This document shows positions 24,252 through 32,000 of a DNA stretch of 32,000 bases, piece after piece. The stretch is taken from positions 60,001 through 92,000 of the forward strand of contig CAKQHZ010000002.1 in the NCBI GenBank assembly GCA_934246625.1. Direction: 5' to 3'. Each line of letters starts with the position of its first letter. Positions within the stretch are counted from its first letter, which is position 1. A program made the translations under genes and the position numbers. The stretch comes from an uncultured Alphaproteobacteria bacterium (GTDB lineage: Bacteria; Pseudomonadota; Alphaproteobacteria; Rs-D84; CACZYB01). The notes beneath the pieces are model-generated. The model did not search any database. It saw only the letters and a program-made list of their open reading frames with translations, and was not told where the DNA came from.

Positions 24252-25085
24252 TTAAAATAAATCAGAAATAAAATCATACTTTAACTTGAACATAACCATA
24301 TCTTGTTTATAATCAAGTGATGTAGCAGAATCATCTTTTTCCTTCGCAGTATCCACTTTCAATTTTTTATATTCTAAACCAACGATAAGAGGACTTTCTG
24401 GAACACGATATTCAACACCAACAATAAGTTGTTTTGTTGTTTCATTATCCTTTGAACCACCAGTAATGCCAAATTGTGTTGATTTAATTTTTGAAAAACC
24501 ATAACCATAACCAATATATGGGTCAATATTACCAAGCCCAGGAATTTCAAACAAAACATTTATCATTGTGCTTGTTACATCATTATCTCTTACTTCATTT
24601 GCCTCATATACTAAATCAAAGTTATAAACATTTGAAGGAACCTTTGAACCAGTGCAAGAATTATTATTACACCATTCACCATCTGAACCTGGGAAAACTT
24701 GCATCAAAGCTGATTTTGCTTTAAAAGAAGTTTTTAAATATTCAAGTTCAAATCTGAACGGATTTTTTGGAATTGCCCAACCAACAGCCAATGAATATGT
24801 TTTAGTATCTTCTGTGCCATAAGTCCATTTTTCAGGAAGTCCAGCCTCCCACTGTTTTGCCCAAAGACCATCAGGGGTAGAATTTTCACCACCTGGCCAA
24901 CCATTCAAAACATTAAATCCTGGATAAACACCATTTACTCCTGTATCAGAAGAACTTCCTGACAATGTAGACATAGAAAAGTCAGGGTCAGAATTTGCAA
25001 ATCCTCCACTTACATAAAGTCCCGCCGCATTAGCATTATAAGAGCCAAGCAAAAGCAAAGAACTTAAAATCAAAACCTTTTTCAT
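24252..25085 (-). CDS. outer-membrane beta-barrel protein (OMP_b-brl / Omp25-like class)
   Basis: Signal peptide ..GSYNANA|AGLYVSGGF, alternating amphipathic strands, and a C-terminal beta-signal ..MVMFKLKYDFISDLF ending in Phe. One loop Cys pair (WCNNNSC). Confidence 0.8.
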   Translation of the reverse strand: MKKVLILSSLLLLGSYNANAAGLYVSGGFANSDPDFSMSTLSGSSSDTGVNGVYPGFNVLNGWPGGENSTPDGLWAKQWEAGLPEKWTYGTEDTKTYSLAVGWAIPKNPFRFELEYLKTSFKAKSALMQVFPGSDGEWCNNNSCTGSKVPSNVYNFDLVYEANEVRDNDVTSTMINVLFEIPGLGNIDPYIGYGYGFSKIKSTQFGITGGSKDNETTKQLIVGVEYRVPESPLIVGLEYKKLKVDTAKEKDDSATSLDYKQDMVMFKLKYDFISDLF

Positions 25086-25220
25086 ATATTTTTTTCTCCT
25101 TTTTAAATTATATGGACAATAATAACATCTTTTTTTTGCATTAACAAGTTTTTTTATAATAATTGATTTTTTTTTCTAAATGTAATAGAATACCAAAAAT
25201 AAAAATTAAAAGAGGATATT

Positions 25221-26621
25221 ATGATAAAAACAAGACTTGCTCCATCTCCAACTGGATTTATGCATATCGGAACTGCAAGAACAGCTCTATTTAATTGGTT
25301 ATATGCAAAACATACAAATGGTAAATTCTGCTTAAGAATAGAAGATACTGACCGAAGCCCAGACCGCTATTTTCCAGAAGCCGTTGACATAATTTACAAC
25401 GAACTTAAATGGCTTGGTTTAGAATGGGACGAACTTGTAAAATCACAATACGAACGTTCTCCTCGACACATCGAAGTTGCAAATGAACTTTTAAAAAATG
25501 GTTCCGCATATTATTGTTATTTAACACAACAAGAACTTGAAGTATTAAGAGAAGAATCCCGAAAAACCGGCAAACCAATTCAAAGCCCTTATCGTGATGG
25601 AACAAAATCTGCTCCAGAAGGAGTAAAACCAGTAATAAGACTTAAAATGCCTCACAATGGCACATCAATTTTAAATGATATAGTCCAAGGTGAAATCAAA
25701 GTTGAAAATGACACTATCGAAGATTTGATTCTTGTTCGTTCTGATGGCACCCCAACATACAACCTTTCTGTTGTTGTTGACGATCACGATATGGGAATAA
25801 ATTATGTTATTCGTGGTGCTGACCACATCAACAATACTTTCAAACAAATGCAAATTATAAAGGCTATGGGTTGGGAACTTCCAACATACGGACACGTTCC
25901 ACTTATCCTTGGACCTGATGGTTCAAAAATGTCAAAACGCCACGGTGCGACAACAACCGAAGATTACAGAAAAGGTGGCTATTTACCAAAGGCTTTATTT
26001 AACTATCTTTTAAAACTTGGCTGGTCCCATGGTGATGATGAAATAATAAGCAAAGAAGATGCAATCAAATGGTTTGATGCACACGATATTTTAAAATCAC
26101 CTGCAAAATTCGACCATACAAAATTGACTGCACTTAATGCCTTGTATATAAGAAATACCGATAATAAAGAACTTTTGGAAATGTTAATTCCATTTATGGA
26201 AGAAAAAATTTCAAGACCTCTTTCAGATACAGAAAAGGATTTATTATTAAAGGGTATTCCAGATATGAAGGAACGTTCAAAAACTTTGGTTGAAATGGCA
26301 AATATGGGTATCATTTACATAATAAATGAGAAATCCAATTTCAAACCAGAATTTGATGAAAAATCATTAAAAGTCCTTAACTCTGATAAAAATAAAATCG
26401 CTGATATTATAAAGGATTTTGAAGAACAAGATATAGAATGGACAAAGGACGGAATAAACGATTATTTCAAACAAAAAGCCCAAACCTTTGAAATGAAAAT
26501 GGGTGATATTGTTGCACCTGTTCGTGTTGCAATAACATTTTCAACTGTATCCCCTCCTCTTTTCGAAGCAATGGTAATAATTGGCAAACAAGAAAGTTTA
26601 AGACGTCTTAAAAATATATAG
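25221..26621 (+). CDS. gltX: glutamyl-tRNA synthetase
   Basis: RLAPSPTGFMHIGTARTALFNW (HIGH-type motif), KMSKR, and VVDDHDMGINYVIRGADH. Confidence 0.96.
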   Translation: MIKTRLAPSPTGFMHIGTARTALFNWLYAKHTNGKFCLRIEDTDRSPDRYFPEAVDIIYNELKWLGLEWDELVKSQYERSPRHIEVANELLKNGSAYYCYLTQQELEVLREESRKTGKPIQSPYRDGTKSAPEGVKPVIRLKMPHNGTSILNDIVQGEIKVENDTIEDLILVRSDGTPTYNLSVVVDDHDMGINYVIRGADHINNTFKQMQIIKAMGWELPTYGHVPLILGPDGSKMSKRHGATTTEDYRKGGYLPKALFNYLLKLGWSHGDDEIISKEDAIKWFDAHDILKSPAKFDHTKLTALNALYIRNTDNKELLEMLIPFMEEKISRPLSDTEKDLLLKGIPDMKERSKTLVEMANMGIIYIINEKSNFKPEFDEKSLKVLNSDKNKIADIIKDFEEQDIEWTKDGINDYFKQKAQTFEMKMGDIVAPVRVAITFSTVSPPLFEAMVIIGKQESLRRLKNI

Positions 26622-26638
26622 AATCCAATTAAAACTTA

Positions 26639-26647
26639 TGTTATAAT
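26639..26647 (+). promoter_or_regulatory. extended -10 promoter element (TGtTATAAT)
   Basis: Exact TGnTATAAT match at 26639-26647, 28 nt upstream of the 26675 ATG. It overlaps the 5' arm of the gltX terminator hairpin. Confidence 0.4.
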
Positions 26648-26674
26648 ACTCTCTGTAAAAGGAGAGTATTTTTT
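26646..26674 (+). terminator. Rho-independent terminator of gltX whose 3' arm contains the SD of the next gene
   Basis: Stem atactctc (26646-26653) pairs with gagagtat (26662-26669), 8-nt loop, T6 run (26669-26674) abutting the ATG at 26675. GGAG at 26661-26664 is the only SD for that ORF. Confidence 0.65.
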
Positions 26675-27571
26675 ATGCCAAAAAACAAAAAACATATTTT
26701 TGAAAATGCAAACATTGCAATTCAAAAAATACGAAACAATCGTATTATAAAAGCAATGATTTTATCTGCACTTATCATTTCCAACTCTCCACTTTCTGCT
26801 GAAAATATTGAACAAATTGAATCGACCCCGATTGAAAAATTCACAAACGAAGAATTAAAAATTTCTTGCACCGAAGAAGATATTGAAAATGCCAAATTAT
26901 TAAAAAACATTATTGATGAAATTCAACTTACAAATCAATATGGCGAATATCTTATAAATGAAATTGCAAAAAATAAAACTGAAATAGTCATCACAAAAAC
27001 AAATGGTTCAAATTATTACTATAACAACACCATTTATATAAATTCAGATGACATAAAAAATGCAACTTCAACAAATAAAAAACAATCATTAAAGGAAAGC
27101 ATTGCACACGAAGCCACTCATATGCTTCAAAACAAAGCTGGTATAATGAACGATATTGAAAATCTTCCTCCGTATGAGGCAATATCTCTATATCTTTTAA
27201 CAGAACTTGATGCAACAATAAAATCTTATGTTGCTTGCGATAATTATTATACAACAGATACAGAGCAAAGAATGAATACTATATTTGAATCCATTTCTGA
27301 TGTAATAGGATATGCGATGAATTCTTATATACAAAAGGCGATATATCTTAACACAAACAAAGATTATAATTTCACAAACAAAAATCCAAATGACACCATT
27401 TCAAAATTTAATGAAATAGGTAATTTTCCAAAATTACACCTTGATGGTATAATTGAAAATATTTATAATAAAATTCCAAATGAATACAAAAAACAAATTG
27501 ATAAACTAAATAACGATTATATAACAAAGGGCAACACAATTTTAAATCAAACAAAAGTGGCACAAAAATGA
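26675..27571 (+). CDS. secreted HExxH-motif protein (putative zinc metallopeptidase-like, DUF4157-like motif), hypothetical
   Basis: Signal-like segment IIKAMILSALIISNSPLSA|EN. It has a single HExxH in SIAHEATHMLQNKAG (HExxHxxQ, as I recall for DUF4157-type domains). The stop overlaps the pth start (ATGA). Confidence 0.6.
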   Translation: MPKNKKHIFENANIAIQKIRNNRIIKAMILSALIISNSPLSAENIEQIESTPIEKFTNEELKISCTEEDIENAKLLKNIIDEIQLTNQYGEYLINEIAKNKTEIVITKTNGSNYYYNNTIYINSDDIKNATSTNKKQSLKESIAHEATHMLQNKAGIMNDIENLPPYEAISLYLLTELDATIKSYVACDNYYTTDTEQRMNTIFESISDVIGYAMNSYIQKAIYLNTNKDYNFTNKNPNDTISKFNEIGNFPKLHLDGIIENIYNKIPNEYKKQIDKLNNDYITKGNTILNQTKVAQK

Positions 27572-28128
27572 TAGTAATAGCAGGCTTAGGCAACATTGGT
27601 GAAGAATATTCAAATACAAAACATAATATTGGATTTATGGCTGTTGATAAAATCGCAAACGATTATAACTTTCCAGAATGGAAGGAAAAAAACAAATACC
27701 TTTTTTCAAAACAAAAAATAAATAACGAAGATATAATGCTTGTAAAACCAACAACTTATATGAATTTATCAGGTGAAGCAATACAAGCCATTTCAACAAT
27801 GTATAAAATCAAACCCGACGATTTTATTATCATACACGACGACCTTGATTTAAAAACAGGCATAATTAAAACAAAAATTGGTGGTGGTGCGGGTGGCCAT
27901 AACGGACTTAAAAGTATAGATTCCAAAATTGGAAATAATTACTACAGGATAAGGGTCGGAATTTCCCACCCCCGTGATGTAAATCCAAACATAGATGTTG
28001 CAAGCTACGTCCTTTCAAAATTTTCAAAACCCGATATGGAAAAGATTCAAAATCAACTTGAAAACATATCAAAACACTTTGAAAAAATCATAAAAAAGGA
28101 TTTTTCAAACCTTTCAAATAATAAGTAA
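27568..28128 (+). CDS. pth: peptidyl-tRNA hydrolase
   Basis: MIVIAGLGNIGEEYSNTKHNIGFM, HDDLDL, GGHNGLKSI. Confidence 0.95.
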   Translation: MIVIAGLGNIGEEYSNTKHNIGFMAVDKIANDYNFPEWKEKNKYLFSKQKINNEDIMLVKPTTYMNLSGEAIQAISTMYKIKPDDFIIIHDDLDLKTGIIKTKIGGGAGGHNGLKSIDSKIGNNYYRIRVGISHPRDVNPNIDVASYVLSKFSKPDMEKIQNQLENISKHFEKIIKKDFSNLSNNK

Positions 28129-28202
28129 TTTTTTATAAAAATATACTAGACTTTCAAACAAACCTATAATATAATTTATAGTATATTTTCCTAGGAGAGG
28201 AG

Positions 28203-29570
28203 ATGACAATAAAAATTTTAAAAAATATAGGACTTGTGATAACCACAATTTTTGTGGATTTTTCTGCATACGCACAAACAACAAATATGCAACTTCCTCA
28301 ACAAGTCGGGGTTTACAATCCAAACATAAGAACCCAACAAATGCAACTTCCACAACAGGTTGGTGTTTATGCCCCACAATCACAACAAAATCAAAGGATT
28401 CCTCAACAACAAGGATACAGATATAATGCACCTGTTGTAAATTATAATAAGGCTCCTGTAATCAATAATAACCTATACGAAAATGTAAATGGATATAAAA
28501 CTCCAAATCGTTATACCCTTTCACAACCTGAAGTCATAAAAACTGCATATAATAACAAACAAAAAACATCTGAAGATTATGGCCCAGAATACTATATGGT
28601 ATTAAATTATGGAAAGGCTTTCTTTGATGGAAAGGGATTAACAGGAAGTGTTACTGTATCAAGCCCATTTGACACAGTTTATAATTTTCCATTAAACAAT
28701 ATCGGTAATTCATTAGGGGACGCAAACGACCTTTCAATCGGTTTTGGTGTTATGTCAAACCGAAATTTCAAAGCTGAAATCACTTATAACAGCCTATCAG
28801 GTTTAAAATACGGTGATTATGCAACTGCGACAAACCAATGGTGTTCTGATGAATTTGCTGACGATGGAAGTTTTTATTATGATTGTTCAAAACAATTATC
28901 TGTTGATGGTGGAAAAATAAGCTCTTTTGGTTTCAACCTTAATATGTATTTTACAATAGAAGATTTTATTGGTGGTAAAATCCTTGATGGACTTATTACT
29001 CCATATATCGGTGGTGGTATAGGTATTGCTTTCAATACCATTGATAACTACACAACCTATGATGAAATAGGTAATGGTGAAGCGCCTTTAAACTCATCTG
29101 GTGAACCATATATAAGCAAATCAACTGGTGCTGCTTACACAGCAGAAGAATGTTTAACTGCAACTGATTGTGTCGATAATTTTGGATATTATGATTACGA
29201 TGGCACAATTACCCACTATGGGGCAACATCAAACAATGTAAGTTGGAATATCGAAGCTGGCTTATCATTCGCACTTGATTCAAAAACATTGATTGATGTA
29301 TATTATAAACACAATTACTATGGAAAGGTAAAATCCAAAAACGAAGTATATTCTTCATACAACTCTGTTGATATTTTGGATCCAGTTGATGATAGCAGTG
29401 GCGGAAAAACTTGCACAGAAAATGCTCTTAAGGCAGAATATCTATATAACGAATCAACAGGTTGGTGTGAAAGTGAACCATATTCAACTGAAGCAACAGT
29501 CTACAACGCTGGTGAAAGTGGAACAATTGAAAACAATACAATGGGAGTAAAACTTAGACTTATATTCTAA
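28203..29570 (+). CDS. outer-membrane beta-barrel protein with Q-rich N-terminal repeat, tandem paralog 1
   Basis: Signal peptide ..FVDFSAYA|QTT, a Gln/Pro-rich region with an 18-aa tandem repeat, amphipathic strands, and C-terminal NNTMGVKLRLIF. Three loop Cys pairs. SD aggagagg. Confidence 0.82.
   Translation: MTIKILKNIGLVITTIFVDFSAYAQTTNMQLPQQVGVYNPNIRTQQMQLPQQVGVYAPQSQQNQRIPQQQGYRYNAPVVNYNKAPVINNNLYENVNGYKTPNRYTLSQPEVIKTAYNNKQKTSEDYGPEYYMVLNYGKAFFDGKGLTGSVTVSSPFDTVYNFPLNNIGNSLGDANDLSIGFGVMSNRNFKAEITYNSLSGLKYGDYATATNQWCSDEFADDGSFYYDCSKQLSVDGGKISSFGFNLNMYFTIEDFIGGKILDGLITPYIGGGIGIAFNTIDNYTTYDEIGNGEAPLNSSGEPYISKSTGAAYTAEECLTATDCVDNFGYYDYDGTITHYGATSNNVSWNIEAGLSFALDSKTLIDVYYKHNYYGKVKSKNEVYSSYNSVDILDPVDDSSGGKTCTENALKAEYLYNESTGWCESEPYSTEATVYNAGESGTIENNTMGVKLRLIF
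28287..28370 (+). repeat. in-frame tandem repeat, period 54 nt (MQLPQQVGVY core duplicated)
   Basis: atgcaacttcctcaacaagtcggggtttac (28287-28316) versus atgcaacttccacaacaggttggtgtttat (28341-28370). There are 5 differences and all are synonymous third positions. Confidence 0.9.
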
Positions 29571-29582
29571 GGGAATAAAAAT

Positions 29583-30860
29583 ATGAAAAAACTTTATACA
29601 AACATATTCTATTCAATAACTGCAATTCTTGGATTCGCAAGCACTCCTGCATTATCTCAAACAACTCAAAATGCAAAACCTGTAACAATGAGATATGTTG
29701 GCAACCAACAATACATAGGTCAACAACAACAAATTATTCCTCAACAAAAACAAGTTGCACCAACAATAAATTCTGTATATGCAAAACCAATGCATCGTGT
29801 AAATGAAATTCCATTATACGGTAAAAATAAAAGTATGTATTTTTATAACCAACCTAAAAACGAAGACGGCAAATTTTCTGGCATTGGATTATATTTATTC
29901 GGTTCATTTTCAACTGGTAAAACAACAAAGGGTGTAAATGCCGAAGATTATAACAGCAACTTTTCATATTCAATAGGAAGTGATGGCAACAAAGATATGG
30001 GCGATGCAACTGGCCTTACTTTTGGTTTTGGTCGTTCTATGTCATCAAACTTAAACATCGAATTGATGTATTCAAAATACTCTGGTATGAAATACGGAAA
30101 TGCAATAAAAAACAAAATGCTTACTGATGGCACTAACGACTTTTATCCATCAGACGCAAATGATAATTGCTATGATGAAGAAGGAAATTATCTTTGTTAT
30201 GATAAAACTACCGACAGCTATAAAATAACAAGCGGTGGTGATATAAATTCAGATTTCTTTGGTATTGGTTTTCAATATAAATTTGATGGCTTAACTGGTG
30301 GACTTTTTGGTATGTTAAAACCATACATAGGAGTCCAAGTCGGTTTCGCAATGAATACCCTTGACGATTTCAATGTTTCCGACCCTGATGGTTATAGCGA
30401 GGGTGATGAAATGTATACTTATGCAGAGGATGATGAAAACCAAGAAAATCCTACAGGTCCAAATGAAAATTGCACAGAAGCATCTAAATGTACAATAAAT
30501 GATTATACAGATGGTGATATAACATTTATTGGCGAAACAAATAAAACTTTTGGTTATGGACTTGAACTTGGTTTCACAATCGCACTTGAAAACAATATGG
30601 AAATTGATGTATTTTTCAAACGAAATATGTTTGGAAAGGTAAAAACTTCTGGAAATGCTTTAGCATCATATTATCAAACTGATACATATTTCTATGCTAA
30701 TAATGGAACTTGTTCTAATGGTTTCAGTGAAGATTCAACAGGTTTTGTATGCTTCGCTGAAGCAGATATTGGAACAAAAGATTCACAAGCAACCAATGCA
30801 GTTGAATCAGGTGATTTATATATGAATCAACTTGGAATAAAATTAAAATATATGTTTTAA
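29583..30860 (+). CDS. outer-membrane beta-barrel protein with Q-rich N-terminus, tandem paralog 2
   Basis: Signal peptide ..GFASTPALS|QTT, a Q-rich stretch (GNQQYIGQQQQIIPQQKQ), blocks shared with paralog 1 (SGMKYG, KPYIGVQVGFAMNT, FGKVKTSGN), and C-terminal NQLGIKLKYMF. Three loop Cys pairs. Confidence 0.82.
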   Translation: MKKLYTNIFYSITAILGFASTPALSQTTQNAKPVTMRYVGNQQYIGQQQQIIPQQKQVAPTINSVYAKPMHRVNEIPLYGKNKSMYFYNQPKNEDGKFSGIGLYLFGSFSTGKTTKGVNAEDYNSNFSYSIGSDGNKDMGDATGLTFGFGRSMSSNLNIELMYSKYSGMKYGNAIKNKMLTDGTNDFYPSDANDNCYDEEGNYLCYDKTTDSYKITSGGDINSDFFGIGFQYKFDGLTGGLFGMLKPYIGVQVGFAMNTLDDFNVSDPDGYSEGDEMYTYAEDDENQENPTGPNENCTEASKCTINDYTDGDITFIGETNKTFGYGLELGFTIALENNMEIDVFFKRNMFGKVKTSGNALASYYQTDTYFYANNGTCSNGFSEDSTGFVCFAEADIGTKDSQATNAVESGDLYMNQLGIKLKYMF

Positions 30861-30916
30861 AAAAAATACTTGCTTTTTGAAAAAAGAATCTGTATAATCT
30901 ATCCATATTAAAAAAC

Positions 30917-30993
30917 GCGGGTGTAGCTCAGTTGGCTAGAGCGCAACCTTGCCAAGGTTGAGGTCGTGGGTTCGAGCCCCATTACCCGCTCCA
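30917..30993 (+). tRNA. tRNA-Gly (anticodon GCC), CCA encoded
   Basis: Cloverleaf: acceptor gcgggtg/tacccgc, D arm gctc..gagc, anticodon stem caacc/ggttg with loop ttGCCaa, and T arm gtggg-ttcgagc-cccat. It is very similar to E. coli tRNA-Gly(GCC). Confidence 0.95.
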
Positions 30994-31004
30994 AGTTTCA
31001 AATG

Positions 31005-31033
31005 ACTCAGATTTTTATCTGAGTTATTTTTTT
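31005..31033 (+). terminator. Rho-independent terminator after tRNA-Gly
   Basis: Stem actcagat (31005-31012) pairs with atctgagt (31017-31024), loop tttt, then a T-rich run. Confidence 0.8.
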
Positions 31034-31124
31034 ATCCACAATAACAATATGATTCTTTTTCTATTGCACCATCTTCATTTTTTTAATAAAATATATAAAT
31101 ATCAATAAATAAAAGGAGAATAAA

Positions 31125-31997
31125 ATGGTTAAAAAAGTTCAAACTGGTGATGAATACAAAGTGATGCACGAAACATCTACTGCAAAAAAAATTGCAAACA
31201 TTTTTACTGTGCTTTGGATTCTTGGAATTACTGCTCCTGTATGCTATACAATTTTTACCAAAGCCGATTCAATAAAGGAATTTGTTATTGTAAAAACTGT
31301 ATACGAAGCAAACAAAACTCTTATGAAACAATACACTGACCTTTCAAACAACCTTGTATCAAAAATAAATATCAATAAATATACAAGCAAAATAAAGGTC
31401 CCTGAAATAAAACTTGATAACCTTACAGATAAAACCGAAAAGGTAAATAAAACCGCAAATATGTTATCAAAATTTGGTGTAAAGGAAGCTGGAAAAGTTG
31501 CAGATACTTCATCAAAACTTCAAGCTCAAGTAGACAAGATAAATAAAGAAATAAAAGATTCTGCTCAAAACATTGCAAAAACTCTTGAAGCAGATATTAC
31601 AAAAGCATTAAAAGATGAACTCAATGATTTTGCATCAAATCAAATGCAAAAACAACTTAACCTAAGCCAAACAAATTATAAAAACCTTACATCTGATAAA
31701 TACGGAGTATTAACTGTTTCACAAAGAAACATCACTAATTCTATTTATTCAGAATTTTCAAAATCAAACTTGCCTATGGTAAAAAATGTAATCACATCAA
31801 TAAATACATATTATAAATGGATTTCTCTTGGTATTTTGAGTATCGCATTTATAATTACATTACTCCCTGTATTCATTGCATTCAAGATTGCAAAAATGTT
31901 CACAAAGAATTTCAATAAATGTCCATATTGTGGAAAAGTTTATTTTTCAAAATCTGGGAAATTTGGAATATTAAGTTTCCTTAAATTTTGGAAATAA
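31125..31997 (+). CDS. hypothetical membrane protein (two TM helices flanking a coiled, Lys/Asn-rich domain; C-terminal CPYC)
   Basis: SD aaaggag. TM1 is IANIFTVLWILGITAPVCYTIF and TM2 is WISLGILSIAFIITLLPVFIAFKIA. A CPYCGKVYF motif follows TM2. No family recognised. Confidence 0.6.
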   Translation: MVKKVQTGDEYKVMHETSTAKKIANIFTVLWILGITAPVCYTIFTKADSIKEFVIVKTVYEANKTLMKQYTDLSNNLVSKININKYTSKIKVPEIKLDNLTDKTEKVNKTANMLSKFGVKEAGKVADTSSKLQAQVDKINKEIKDSAQNIAKTLEADITKALKDELNDFASNQMQKQLNLSQTNYKNLTSDKYGVLTVSQRNITNSIYSEFSKSNLPMVKNVITSINTYYKWISLGILSIAFIITLLPVFIAFKIAKMFTKNFNKCPYCGKVYFSKSGKFGILSFLKFWK

Positions 31998-32000
31998 AAA

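Noticed and set aside
30917-31997. tRNA-Gly as an integration site for a genomic island
   Set aside because: No repeat of the tRNA 3' end and no integrase appear in the remaining ~1 kb. This cannot be evaluated from the window.
1-32000. Scan for CRISPR arrays, IS elements or transposases, prophage genes, rRNA, tmRNA and SRP RNA
   Set aside because: I noticed no regularly spaced direct repeats, no terminal inverted repeats bracketing an ORF, no DDE or HUH transposase-like translations in the ORF track, and no rRNA-like conserved blocks. The only structured RNAs I can support are rnpB and tRNA-Gly.

Overview
AT-rich (roughly one-third G+C by eye) bacterial chromosomal segment using the standard code (TGA is a stop). 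Gene content points to an Alphaproteobacterium: mlaD followed by a DUF2155 gene, a DUF2497/PopZ-like gene, BamE with the alpha-type ..FFQELFGN.. tail, and a type-A RNase P RNA. The housekeeping backbone is the 3' part of an RND pump, rpsP-rimM-trmD-rplS, mlaD-DUF2155, lepB-rnc, a Xer-type recombinase, dCMP deaminase, rnpB, rlmE, gltX, pth, tRNA-Gly(GCC) and three OMP beta-barrel genes. The outstanding region is 8895-21268. It encodes five large (571-1020 aa) exported, cysteine-rich proteins that I cannot place in any family. Three of them (11573-19405) are tandem paralogs with one shared motif scaffold and hyper-basic linkers after the signal peptide. Their C-terminal modules differ: a glycine-rich tail-fibre-like domain in A, a glycine-zipper hydrophobic segment in C, and almost nothing in B. 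I regard this block as the candidate undescribed system (surface, envelope or secreted; function unknown). Smaller observations are tandem OMP paralogs with a Q-rich repeat that differs only at synonymous sites, a terminator/promoter/SD overlap upstream of a secreted HExxH protein coupled to pth, and a short RNase P RNA. I saw no transposase, phage, CRISPR or rRNA sequence.
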